Shown here: positions 51,329 through 62,910 of the stretch, one piece after another
Numbering within the stretch: the stretch's first letter is position 1
How the letters are laid out: the number at the start of each line of letters is the position of its first letter
NCBI GenBank assembly: GCA_964016885.1
Contig: OZ024741.1
Span: 133,920,001-133,984,000 of the forward strand
Source: Eledone cirrhosa
Lineage: Eukaryota
DNA: 64,000 nucleotides
Direction of reading: 5' to 3'
Program-made: the position numbers and the translations under genes
Notes under the pieces: model-generated
The model's database searches: none
Seen by the model: the letters and a program-made list of their open reading frames with translations, nothing else
What the model was told of the DNA's origin: nothing

Positions 51329-51361
51329 TATTATTATTATTATTATTATTATTATTGTTGT

Positions 51362-51815
51362 TGTTCTTTGAGTCTCAGTCATTGATGTTATTTAACTGGA
51401 AAGTTTGTTGAAATGAATATCAAGACGCTACCTGCAGCCTCAGACATTCAGGACGTATCGGAGGGTTCTTGCTGTTCCCAGCAAGCTTGCCTTTTGAAGT
51501 GTTCCAAAAAGCGGGGCTGGACTAATCTTCTTTAACCATCCTTGGAAACTCTTTGAGATAGTACCTAGTGCGCCTATGACAATCGGAACGACCTTGACTT
51601 CATGGCAGTTCCAAATCATTTTTAACTCCCACTTTAAATCCTGGTATCGGTTAATTTTCTCCCTCTCCTTTTCTTGCACACTCGTTTCAAATGGGCAGGC
51701 TACATCTACAATCAGGCACGATCTTTTTTCCTTGCCCAAAACCACCAGGTCAGGCTTATTGTGTTCTAGTTTATTGTCCGTCTGTATCCTAAAATCCCAT
51801 AGCACCTTCACCTGA
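51362..51815 (-). mobile_element. R4/Dong-type RLE retrotransposon 3' fragment (copy 3)
   Basis: Same RLE C-terminus and 3' UTR, ending in CAA/TAA repeats. Confidence 0.85.
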
Positions 51816-52689
51816 TTGTAGGTAGAGGAGTTGACGGTAGTAAGAAACTCAGAAGGAAAAACAAAGAGATTGGATTATAAAATTAAGCTGTGTCGATTAC
51901 GATGATATCAGTCAAAAAATAAAACATGTAATACGCAAGAAAAACACAGTAACACTCTCATACAAAGATTTGACTGCTGCTATTTCTAGCAAGTTAAGCA
52001 ACCATGTAGTCTAACCTTGTTGACTTGTGTACATATATATAAGTATGTGTATGTAGTGTTGTTTAGTATATATACAATATGTTTGTGTAATGTAGTTTAG
52101 ATCAGGGGTGTGCAACATATTCCATTGGCAGTCACTTTTGAACAACATATTCCATTGGCAGTCACTGTCAAAAATATGTAATTTAATGAAAACCACAACT
52201 TCTTTCCATAACATGGAACTGGGAAATTATATCACACATAACCCTATCAGTGAAGCCTTTTAATATCGGTCAACTAACAGAAAATTGTATTACGGTTACG
52301 AAAGAAATTCTAAATAAGCCTACAAGGTAAAAATTAAAAACTTGCGGTCATGCGTTCCAGCTATGATCAGCCCAAATTATAATTCACCTTCGATATAAAA
52401 ATTAATAATGAGGAGTTGTCTCCCCCGTTTACTCATAACGTGAAACTTGACTTATTGTTTTTTTTTGTTATAAAAATAAAAATTATATTTTGAGTGTGTG
52501 TCTGTGAAACATACATTGCCTGTCTCCCTCCATATCTCACTATTATGAGCAAATAAGGACAGAATAGAAATGGTGTTTCCCCGGAGGATAGTGAGGGAGA
52601 CGCGCTGGAAGAGCTATTCCAGCTTGCGAGGCTCACACCTGCGGGTAGCCAACAATGTGTTGCTGTCTTTTCCCTAGGTGCTTTTGTTT

Positions 52690-53240
52690 TTTTGCGAATA
52701 AAGGGAAGCAACTCATTTCTTTTTTTAAACAAATGTGAAACATTTCACTCCATTGTGTGTAAGTCTAGAATTAATTTTTGCGTACATATTCCTGGAGAGG
52801 TCGTGGGGGCAGAGTCCTCACACGCGTCTTCCAGAGGGTCCTATCAGAATCAACCGACCCCAGCCAAGCTCAAGGATATTATCTAACCATCTTTCTCGTT
52901 GTCTACCTCTTAGTCTCCTGCCAGTTGGTTTTACCCGTAAAATCTGTTCAGCAATTCTTTCCCTCGTATCGATTCGAATTAGCAGCGACTCCAATATCCA
53001 AGCTGCGTACTCTATCGAGTAATATTACTCCAATGACCCTTTGTAGGAACCCCATTTTAACCACTTGCATTCGCAATCATATTCTTTCAGTTATTACCCA
53101 AGATACATGACCATAGGTGAGGGTTGGCACATATACCAACATAAAGAAAGCAAGTTAGGCTTTTACACCTACCTCCCTTCTTTTGATGACCGAATGCTGA
53201 AGTTGGCAGATTACTATACCAAATCTCAACTCCACAGCGA
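52690..53240 (-). mobile_element. Decayed RTE-like LINE fragment
   Basis: Weak: minus-strand KVLFW/SESNR..RIAEQ/GKRPRGRP-like remnants with many disruptions. Confidence 0.3.
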
Positions 53241-53346
53241 TATGGTGTACATATTCTAAAAACTGGGATATACAGGCAATATATACATATGTATATATCA
53301 TCATCATCATCATCATGTAAAAAGGATGTTAAATGATGATGATACA

Positions 53347-54590
53347 TACAGGCTGTCCCCTAAAAATGTATTCTAATAAAAGTATTATACATGTTTGGCC
53401 ATAATTAGTTTTGTTAAGAAATGTGAAGAAATTATCAACATCATTTTTTTTCTCCATGATTGCATGGTTTAATGATATTGATTCCAAAAGTAATCAATAG
53501 CTAAGTCATGTACATTTACATAGTTACATTACATGTTTAAATTACTGACCATATGCATTAATACAAGCCCACACATTTCTGCATAGCTCAGGTGTGGTTT
53601 CTTTAAAAGCTGCTGAGGTCATCCAAACCGGATACACGAACAGCATACACTTTATCCATTATCACATAACAAAGGAAAAAAATAAGGGAAGTAAGGTCTG
53701 GAGATCTAGCAGGCCACTCACAGAAACTGCTTCATCTCACAATCCATCTATTAGGGAAGTTTTTGTTTAGCCATTCCCTTACAATGGGGGAATAATGATG
53801 TGAGGCCTCATCTTGTTGCAGGATGATTATTAAGTGCTAGCCACAGATAGTCTGAAAGCATCAAGAGATAATTGAGCTGTTACAGAGGTGTCAAAAAAGA
53901 ATGGGCCAATGAAACCAGCAGTATGGATACCTGCCCATAGAGCTGAAATATTTACACCCTTTTCAACCACATTTCAATCTCTATTAGCAATATAAACACT
54001 TCCATCCAATTTGAAAATTGCTTCATCAGACTAGATAATTGAATTAAGGCAGCTAACATTTTCACAATTCTCCAACATTTGTTCACAAAATTGCATTCGT
54101 CAATCAAAGTCATCTACATTTAATTGAGGGACTAAATGAGGAGCAATAGGATGCAGTCCCTTGAGAATACAACGCAATGTTGTTTGACTGATAGAGTTCC
54201 TGGGAACCACAGGATGTTAATGGCAGATCTTGATAATATTGCCACACTTGTTCCTCCTCTAAAGCAGTCGATACACTGACTGGACATCCCAGATGGATAG
54301 TCTGAGACAGAACCACTCCTCTCAAACCTATTTATCAAGTTGCGGATGTAAAGTGCAGATGCGGCTGTAGGTCCAAACTCTTTTTGCCAGGTATGTTGGA
54401 CTGATCAGGAGATTTTAGTAGATAATGCTGCCTTATCAACCATACTCTCTCTGTTGTCAAATAACACTTATCTTCCATATCTATAAGAAATTGAAAATAA
54501 TGTTCACGTGAAAAATATGTACATAGTTGGTTAGCATAATATAATTACTGTTTCTTTGTAATTATTAAGCTAATTGCATCCCACACTGTA
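53347..54590 (-). mobile_element. Decayed Tc1/mariner-superfamily transposon (WPxRSPDL type)
   Basis: Minus strand translates SDEAIFKLDG, LQQDEASHH and EWPARSPDLT; TACAGGCTGTCC TIR-like end at 53347. Confidence 0.7.
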
Positions 54591-54879
54591 TATTATTATC
54601 ATTTAACATCTATTTTCCATGCTTGTATGTCTCAAAATGATCAGGTAACATCTTGCTTGTATGCTTCGCTTCTGGCTTGGTTTGTACAGCTGGGTTTCTT
54701 AACACCAACCTACAGCATGTAGGAACATTTTACAGCATGTAAAAGGGTGGACTGTGTTTTTTATTGTGAAACCAGACAAGGTACTTTTCTTTTATGCATG
54801 GGCCAGGTACATTTTTATTGTGGCATCAGCACTGGGAGGGGCACAAAATCATACCACCAATAAGATGAGTTTTGCAACT

Positions 54880-55005
54880 GAAAGTGTTCACCTTCCATGT
54901 CAGCATTTTCCTTGTCTGACCCATGCTACCATTGAGGGTCAGGTATACCTCAATGGTAGCATGGGTCAGACAAGGAAAATGCTGACATGGAAGGTGAACA
55001 CTTTC
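54880..55005. repeat. Perfect palindrome, 58-bp arms with 10-nt spacer
   Basis: 54880-54937 is the reverse complement of 54948-55005. Confidence 0.92.
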
Positions 55006-55079
55006 TATATTATGACATGGGCTGAAAGACAAGGGTGGAGGGTTACGAGAGCAAGGGGCACTTGTGGTGGACAGAGGAA

Positions 55080-56010
55080 TTGAGAGGCGTTGGCTCCTTT
55101 GTGCGGTTCAGCCGTGACATCAACCTTTATACATCCCAGTTTTTCCTTGGTCTTCGCTTCCACATGTTCCATGCACAGTGTCCATACTAACAGCTCACCT
55201 CATTTTTCTCCTATCATTGCAGTTCCTTTGCAGTCAAGGCCCAAGTCTCACTGCCATCCAGCATCACAGATCGCATACATGTATCATAAAATCTGCCTTT
55301 CATTTTAAGGGGTAAACCCTTTGTAGCCAGCAGTAGTGGCTCTCTGAATCTCCCTCCATTGTGAATAAAAGTACCTATGTAATAGAAGCTGTCAACTATT
55401 TCTAGGGAGCTATCTGGGCATTTGATAAAACCTATTTCATATAAGCTTTTGCAGCTCCTGTGCATAAAGTCTACACTTTTGATTAAACTCCTCAAGATCC
55501 TATTACATTACTGTATCTAGTTTAGATTTTTGTACACTGTGTGGAATTTCGATCCACTCCTTTATTGCATATTGAGCAGGGCCATTTCCCTGACGAAATC
55601 AAGGTCCTGCCATCTTTCCTACTTTCTAGGACTTGGATCTTTTGATTTCAGATTTTGCTTCAAATTCTAAAATTTATTTAGTTCTACAGTGCACTCAGTT
55701 GAGAACCAGGTTATCCACATATTAGGTCCCACAATCAACCAGTCAACTCCATTTATGGTTCAGGGAGTTCAGAACAGAACATGTGTGCTAAATTCTCATT
55801 AACCTGGCATAGCTTGTATAAGCCATTCCTCTACACCTAGTTATGGAGAGGGGAACCGTCAAAAGCTTTTGCCAGCTCAATAAATGCTAGGTATAGGGGG
55901 TTTACTTTTAGCTAAGTACTTCTGCAGCTATCTCACAATGAATAGCACGTTTGTGATATATTTCCCAGGCACAAAACCAAACAGCATTTCATCTAGGTTT
56001 AACTATCCCA
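55080..56010 (-). mobile_element. Decayed RTE/RTEX-like LINE RT fragment
   Basis: LEIVDSFYYIG, KGRFYDTCMRSVMLDGSETWAL and upstream QFGFVPG/KAF-like motifs. Confidence 0.6.
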
Positions 56011-56063
56011 AATCACTTGTGTGTTGATGAATTGGTCCTAGATGCTACAGCCAGATATATATA

Positions 56064-57306
56064 TTGGATCGTCAAGTATGAAATTTGTAGAAAAAAAACA
56101 AAGTTTGTTAATGTTTTATAAATACAAGGAATAGTTTTATTCATCAAAGTATGCACCCATATTGTTAATACATTTTTGCCATTTCAGCGGTAGCTTGATC
56201 AGTCCGGTGGTGTAAAAGCCTGGTAATCGAGAGTCAATGAAATCTTGGAAGGCCTGTTTTACAGCATTGTCGGAATTAAATTGTTTTCCTATGAAAAAGT
56301 TATCCAAATTCCGGAAGAAGTAGTAGGCAGTGGGGGCAAGATCTGGTGAGTATGGTGGAAGATGGAGTACTTCCAACTCCAACTCCTGTAGTTTTGTTAC
56401 TATTTGTGCGGTGTGTGGTCTAGCGTTTTCGTGCAATAGAATAGGAGCCGATTGGTTGACCAATCTAGGCTGTTTTTCTGTAAGTTTTTGGATCATTTGG
56501 TCCAGCTGGTTGCAGTATACTTCTGCTGTAATCGAGCCAGGTTTCATGAAATCATAATGGATCACACCTGCGCCAGACCACCAAACACTCACCATCAGCT
56601 TCTTTTGATGAATATGGCTGTGGTTTGGTGGCTTGTCCTTGTCCAACCACTCTGCTGAACGTTTACAGTTAGCATATTGGATCCATTTCTCATCACACGT
56701 TACAATTCGATTCAAAAATGGATCATTTTTGTGACGAGAAAGTAACATCATGCAAGCTTCCAAACGTTGTTGTTTCTGCTGTTCATTCAGTTCACGAGGA
56801 ACCCACTTACCCAACTTTTTCACTTTACCAACTTCAGCTAGGTGAGTTAATATTGTTTGCTTGCTAACACCAAAATTCAACGATAATTCATGTGCACTTT
56901 GAGATGGATCTAACTCGATGGTGACTTTCAGTTCGTCATTATCCACCTTGGATTCTGGCCGACCGCATGGCTCATTCGTGAGGTCAAAGTTACCAGAACG
57001 AAATTTTGCAAACCAATTTGATACTGTCTGCTGTGTAATATTAGAGCAAAATACACCATTAATATTCCGAGCTGTCTGTGATGCTGTATTTCCACATAAG
57101 AACTCATATTTCATAATTGTACGAATTTCCGACTTCTCCATCTCTAAACAAGAATAAAAAGATTTTTAATATTTTTAAAGCGCAAAATGATTTAGTAAGA
57201 GGAAATGTGTGGCAGCTTTGTAACAAAGACAAAAGAATGTCAACGTGAAATAAGCTGTCAAAATTGTCCATATGCCTCACTACAAATTTCATACTTGACG
57301 ACTCAA
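56064..57306 (-). mobile_element. Full-length mariner transposon (27-bp TIRs, TA TSD)
   Basis: TIRs TTGGATCGTCAAGTATGAAATTTGTAG / CTACAAATTTCATACTTGACGACTCAA flanked by TA. Confidence 0.92.
56137..57141 (-). CDS. Mariner (Hsmar1/SETMAR-like) transposase, open ORF with catalytic substitutions
   Basis: 334 aa; HTH region, WVPREL, IVTCDEKW, HENARPH and YSPDLAPTAY. Confidence 0.88.
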   Translation of the reverse strand: MEKSEIRTIMKYEFLCGNTASQTARNINGVFCSNITQQTVSNWFAKFRSGNFDLTNEPCGRPESKVDNDELKVTIELDPSQSAHELSLNFGVSKQTILTHLAEVGKVKKLGKWVPRELNEQQKQQRLEACMMLLSRHKNDPFLNRIVTCDEKWIQYANCKRSAEWLDKDKPPNHSHIHQKKLMVSVWWSGAGVIHYDFMKPGSITAEVYCNQLDQMIQKLTEKQPRLVNQSAPILLHENARPHTAQIVTKLQELELEVLHLPPYSPDLAPTAYYFFRNLDNFFIGKQFNSDNAVKQAFQDFIDSRLPGFYTTGLIKLPLKWQKCINNMGAYFDE

Positions 57307-57468
57307 TATATATAAATATAAAAATGCAGAAAACACTTGGCGTCACGGTCGGGATTTTACATAGAGTGAGAGAGTAAAAATTTGTAAAATCCCGACCGTG
57401 GCACCAAGCGTTTTCTGCTTTTATATATATTGGGTCGTCAAGTATGAAATTTGTTGTGAGGCATATGG
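57268..57468. repeat. Imperfect 200-bp palindrome including a duplicated mariner TIR
   Basis: CCATATGCCTCAC..TIR..GCAGAAAAC..GGGATTTTAC is mirrored around ~57368. Confidence 0.85.
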
Positions 57469-57494
57469 TCTCTCTCTCTCTATATATATATATA

Positions 57495-59712
57495 TACCAA
57501 ATTCGTCCCATGGACTGAGTGCTCTACTACTACGGATATTACTTTCCAGTGTTCTACCTTTATACACGTCTCCAGCACCGATCAGCAGATTCTTTGCATC
57601 ATGTGGAAGTTTGGCTTTTAGCAGATTCTTCTCACCACGTGGAAGTTTAGCTTTCTACCCTGTGAGCGCTCTCTACATCCTCGTATCTCACACAACTTTG
57701 TGTTTCACCAACGTCAGAATGGATTTATATGAACTGGATTACTCTGAAAAATATTCCCACTACCTCCAACCATATTTACTTAAAGCTTCTCCTACAAAAA
57801 GCAGGTGTCATCAAATGCTTAAGATGGCAAGCCCTAGCTGTTGACAGTAAAATTACAGGCACCAGTAACACCTTCAACCTGAAATCGAGAGCCTACCCTT
57901 CCAAACTAAACTTAGAAATGATATTAAGAAATTTAGGTCTTCCAACACTTTCGTTCTTTGACAAAACCAATATTTACGAAGTCGACAACACTACTTACAG
58001 CCACTTAGCACATAACGCCATAACCTACGGCCTACCACATCATCAATACAGAAGCCAAAGACCTTGCTGCCACCCTTAAGGATCACAAGGTAGACTTTGC
58101 CTCCAATCCCACGTGTAGACTACTAAACCCGGCACGCACAGAAATGGGACTAGTCAGTAAGGCCATACTTAGGAACATAGTTAAGACCATTAGGACCAAG
58201 TCCAACCTGTCCCAGTGGGAGAACAGCGACTCCGTAATTAAGTGGTTTAACTCCTTAAAATCCCAAAAAGCGAAGTTCACACAGTTTGACATTGTCGATT
58301 TTTACCCATCGATCTCAGAGACCCTGTTAAACAAAGCATTGGACTTTGCTACCACTTACACTACCATCCATGTTTTAGACAGGGAGATCATCGCACACTG
58401 CTGAAAAACCCTCCTCTTCAACAACGGAGTAGCCTGTACAAAGAAGTCAACCACTTCAGAGTTATTCAATGTCTCCATAGGATCATTCGACTGCTGATGT
58501 ATGCAACTTGGTTGGCTTATTTATTTTAGATATATTACGTGTTAGATTCCCGGACTTCCACACGGGAATACACCACGACGATGGTCTGACCCTATCGAGC
58601 CAGAAAAGCGGTCATAACCTGGACCGGTTTAAAAAAGGTTTCTACTTTTAATGAGCTAGGACTTAGTATAATGGTAGCTACCAACCTTTCTAGCGTAGAT
58701 TTCTTAGACATTAATTTAAACCTTCGCACACATACCTTCAGACCCTTCCATAAACTAAATGAAAATCATAATTACATACACAAGGACTCATGCCACTCTC
58801 CTACTGTTTTTAGAAACTTCGTAAATAATATCAGTACTAGAATCTCTAACTTCTCCTCTAATAAAGCAATCTTTGACAAAGCGGCCCCCTACTACAACAC
58901 GGCGTTAGCTAACAGCAGCTTCTCGCAGCCAATTACTTACTATCCCACTAACAACAGCAATAGAAAAACTATCTGGTTCTCTCCTCCCTTCTCACTCAAG
59001 GAAAACTAATGCAGGAAAAATCTTTTTAGCCCTCTTAGATAGACACTTTTCCATAGGTCGCAAATACTGCTCCATCTTTAACAGACAGAGTAAAACTAGG
59101 GGTACTCCTGCACTAAGAATATGAAGGCCCACATCACCAACAGCCCTAAGAGTGGCACCCCAGCAGGATGCTCTTGCCGAAAGCCTGGAGCTTGTCCCTT
59201 TCAACAGCAATGCAACACACCCGCTGTAGTTTATGAAGCCCTGGTCACTTCCAACCGACCAAATTAACCACAGGAGGTCAAATCCTATGTGGGTATGGTG
59301 GAGCGCTGGTTTAAGGAACACTTCCTGAACCATGCCGACCTTTACGTACCCGGACAAATGATCATCCACGAAGCTCGCAGCCACATATGAGCCCTCAAAG
59401 ACTCAGGTATAGACTACTCCATTCAATGGAAAGCTATCACTAAGTCCAAGCCATAAGCAAGGGGCAATCCGTCTTGTGGACTATGTATTGAAGAAAGGAT
59501 AAATATTCTAAGATTACCTCTTGCAAAACTGCAAAGCTCCGGATTGAATTATTCTACTCAACTAGAATTCCAAATTTTCGCAGTTACCTCCCTTACACCT
59601 TTCGTCTGTGGGTTTGTATCGCTTGGGTGAACTTGTGTTACTACTTCTACCAAACACGTCCCATGGACTGAGTGCTCTACTACTACAGATATTACCTTCC
59701 AGTGTTCTACCT
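57495..59712 (+). mobile_element. Decayed Penelope-like element with 65-bp terminal direct repeats
   Basis: RLLNPA, QFDIVDFYPSI, YHDDGL, DFLDINL, PFHK, IWFSPPFS and SYVG; 57495-57559 is repeated at 59648-59712. Confidence 0.85.
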
Positions 59713-60503
59713 AAATATATAAAATCATCGTCACTGGTTTACGTCCATTCTTCCACGACGGGAACTGATTTCTACAGTTGGATGCCCTTCCCAACACTAC
59801 CCTCATTTACAGTGAGTGCTGGGTGTTTTTTCCGTAGCGCCTACACCTCCACTGCGGTCATCCTCCATCCGCATTACATGTTCATACCAATGCAGTCTTC
59901 TCTCCCTTGTCTACGCACATCCAATACAACGGGAAGATTCAGCGTGACAATGGCTACCATATACATTTTATTTTTGACCAGCCGGGCCAACGAAACATTT
60001 AGTAGATTGTTTCCCTTTTAATGCATTGGAAATTAAAATCGCCGCAAACTTACGTGTATATAAGATATGCAGTGCGTGTATATATAATTCTTTTATAATA
60101 AACAATCTTAGCCCCGTGATGAATAATATAAAATCAAGTTTGCTGCATTGGGTTTACTCCCCTGATCGTCTATATTTTACCTAAACAACCTATTTCACTG
60201 TCTCGATACCTTGTTCTAAAAAGTGATCAAGACGAGGGTGATATCAAATTCTCATTCTTCGCTTTAATAGAAAAATGTGGAAATCTGAAAGTTAAATCCT
60301 GTTTTAGGTCGTAAACCATTGTCGGTGGTTGTTTAAGCACCTTAATTTCAAGCTTTTGGGACGGATACATAGCTGTTATTTTCATGTTTAACATTAAATA
60401 ATTTTTATTTATGAGAACTTCATAAATCCCTCTAATATCAAAATGATGGGGCGGTGGTCCATTTCTCATTGCATTCGCTTGGGTTCCTCGTGAATACAAA
60501 GTG

Positions 60504-60915
60504 GGCGATATCCAATTTTAGCGGCCTAAATGCCGCTTACTTCAATGTATGAGGCTATTCCAACAAATTTACATTCCCTTTTTTTTTTAGCCGTTAAAAG
60601 AAATATAGATTTATTTAGTTGTTTTTTTTTTGCGATTTATTTGCCACGTTTTTGTTTGCTTGTTTTTTTGCGATTTATTAGCCTTTTGGGGTCACACACC
60701 CCTGTAGAAAGTGTGCGACCTTCTGCCAGGGAGCACAGAGGGGGGGGGGGGTGCTCCCTTCTTCTCTTACCTGTACAAACCATTTGTTGGCCGGCGACAT
60801 ATCCCCAGTTTCCTCGTTCTGGGAATGTAAATTTGTTGGAATAACCTCATACATTGAAGTAAACAGCAACTACAGCAAGTAAGCGGCAGTTAGGCCGCTA
60901 AAATTGGATATCGCC
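60504..60915. mobile_element. MITE-like element (~75-bp TIRs) containing a Tx1 3' UTR-like fragment
   Basis: GGCGATATCCAATTTTAGCGGCCTAA...TTAGGCCGCTAAAATTGGATATCGCC; interior 60690-60780 resembles 8675-8765. Confidence 0.7.
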
Positions 60916-61228
60916 GAAAAAGTGTATGAAGTGTGGATGTGCCAGTTTATTCGAAAATAAGCAAAATGAATAATGCAATTTTTTTACAATTTCTTTCGAC
61001 GTTAAAACAGGACTATGTTTCACAACTATCCTCGATAGACAAAAAAAAGCTACTTAATAGCAGAAATCAAAATTGGCTTGGAAAAGACAATGGTTGTCTT
61101 CATATATCGATTAGACGGGGAAATAATTATAATCTTCACTTCCTAAAAAAAAAAATAAACCTCACTCGTTCAGAGACTTCACAATCGTTTCGACTATTAT
61201 CCAAGTGCATTATTGATGCTTTATTTAA

Positions 61229-61414
61229 TGGCGGTGGATTGGCAGTATCGGTAGGTCGGACGCCATGCTTTCCAGCATAGTTACGTCCCTTTACGATCTG
61301 AGTTCAAATCCCGCCGAGGTTGACTTTGCCTTTCATCCTTACGGGGTCGATAAAATAAAGTACCAGTAATGCACTGGGTATTTGCTGGCCTTGTGCCTAA
61401 AGTAGAAACAATTA
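61229..61414 (+). mobile_element. SINE family A
   Basis: Full-length match. Confidence 0.88.
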
Positions 61415-61624
61415 TTGATGCTTTATTTTTATTTTATAGACCTCGTAAGGATGAAAGGCAAAATTATAATACGACTGCAAAACGAGTACGATTAAAAATA
61501 AAACATTCAACCGACTATCAACAGAATAGACGAAAGGGAAGTGTCTTCTAAGTTGGGATGATAATAAGCGTGTTTTTACACTTCGCTAACCACTAGGAAG
61601 GAGCAAAAATGAAAACGAATACAT

Positions 61625-62910
61625 TAGTCTACCAAAATTGTCTCAGATAAAAATTGGCTTGGAAAAGACAAAGATTGTCTTCATATATCGATAAGACGGG
61701 GAAAGAATTATAATCATCACTGCCAATTTTGGTTAGACTTTGTTTCAGATATAAAAAAAAAACCACTGAAGTGAAATAAAAGTAGTGCTTAGATCAAACA
61801 TGATCACTATCTTAAATTCAGATTTCTAAAATACACGTGTGGCTAAGGACTGGTTGGGAAAGCGACTATAATTACGAGAATGGCATAGGTCATCAGTCTT
61901 CCAAAATTGTCTCAGATAAAAAAATTGGCTTGGAAAAGACAAAGATTGTCTTCATATATCGATAAGACGGGGAAAGAATTATAATCATCACTGCCAATTT
62001 TGGTTAGACTTTGTTTCAGATATTAAAAAAAAAAAAAAAACCGACTGAAGTGAAATAAATGCTCACGTGGAGAGGCCCGAGAAGGGAATAAGATTCCACT
62101 AAAATAGTTTACTAAAAGTACTGAGCTTAGATCAAACATGATCAATCTTGAATTCAGACTTCTAAAATAAGTGTGGCGAAGAACTCGTTGGGAAAAGAGA
62201 ATAGAGAAATCGCTATTTGCTATGTTTGAAGATTGCTTTCCTTTGCCCTTCCGAAAGATAATACAAATGTATATATAAGATGTCTAATTTCAATATCTTG
62301 GTAACCGACTATAATTACGAGAATGGCACAGGTCATCAGTCCTCCAAAATTGTCTCAGATAAAAAAATTGGCTTGGAAAAGACAAAGATTGTCTTCATAT
62401 ATCGATAAGACGGGGAAAGAATTATAATCATCACTGCCAATTTTGGTTAGACTTTGTTTCAGATATTAAAAAAAACGACTGAAGTGAAATATGCTCACGT
62501 GGAGAGGCCCGAGAAGGCAAAATGCAGTTAATAGCAGTTAATAAGATTACACTAAAATAGGAATTTACTAAAGGTACTGTGCTTAGATCAAATATAATCA
62601 ATCTTGAATTCAACTTCTAAAGTGTGGCGAAGGACTCGTTGGGAAAAGAGAATAGAGAAATCGCTATTTGCTATTGGAATGTTTGAAGATTGCTTTCCTT
62701 TGCCCTTCCGAAAGATAATACAAATGTATATATGTCTAATTTCAATATCTAGGTAAACCGACTATCTATAATTACGAGAATGGCATAGGTCATCAGTCTT
62801 CCAAAATTGTCTCAGATAAAAAAAATTGGCTTGGAAAAGACAAAGATTGTCTTCATATATCGATAAGACGGGGAAAGAATTATTAATCATCACTGCCAAT
62901 TTTGGATAAG
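61625..62910. repeat. Tandem satellite, ~440-455-bp unit (units start ~61863, ~62306, ~62759; partial copies at 61625 and 61065)
   Basis: Repeated CCAAAATTGTCTCAGATAAAAAAATTGGCTTGGAAAAGACAAAGATTGTCTTCATATATCG. Confidence 0.9.

Noticed and set aside
52082-52150. CAGGGGTGTGCAAC hAT-like TIR and a 30-bp tandem duplication
   Set aside because: No matching second TIR or 8-bp TSD was found.
58400-58406. In-frame TGA codons in Penelope ORFs (also ~34972) as possible selenocysteine, as reported for some Naiad elements
   Set aside because: They do not replace the conserved Cys residues, look like CGA-to-TGA decay, and sit among frameshifts and other stops. No SECIS element was recognised.
61860-61900. 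CTGATGA plus stem on the minus strand of the satellite unit as a hammerhead
   Set aside because: No GAAA follows the putative helix II in any unit.
61625-62910. CRISPR-like array
   Set aside because: The units are ~450-bp tandem copies without unique spacers, the context is eukaryotic and there are no cas genes.
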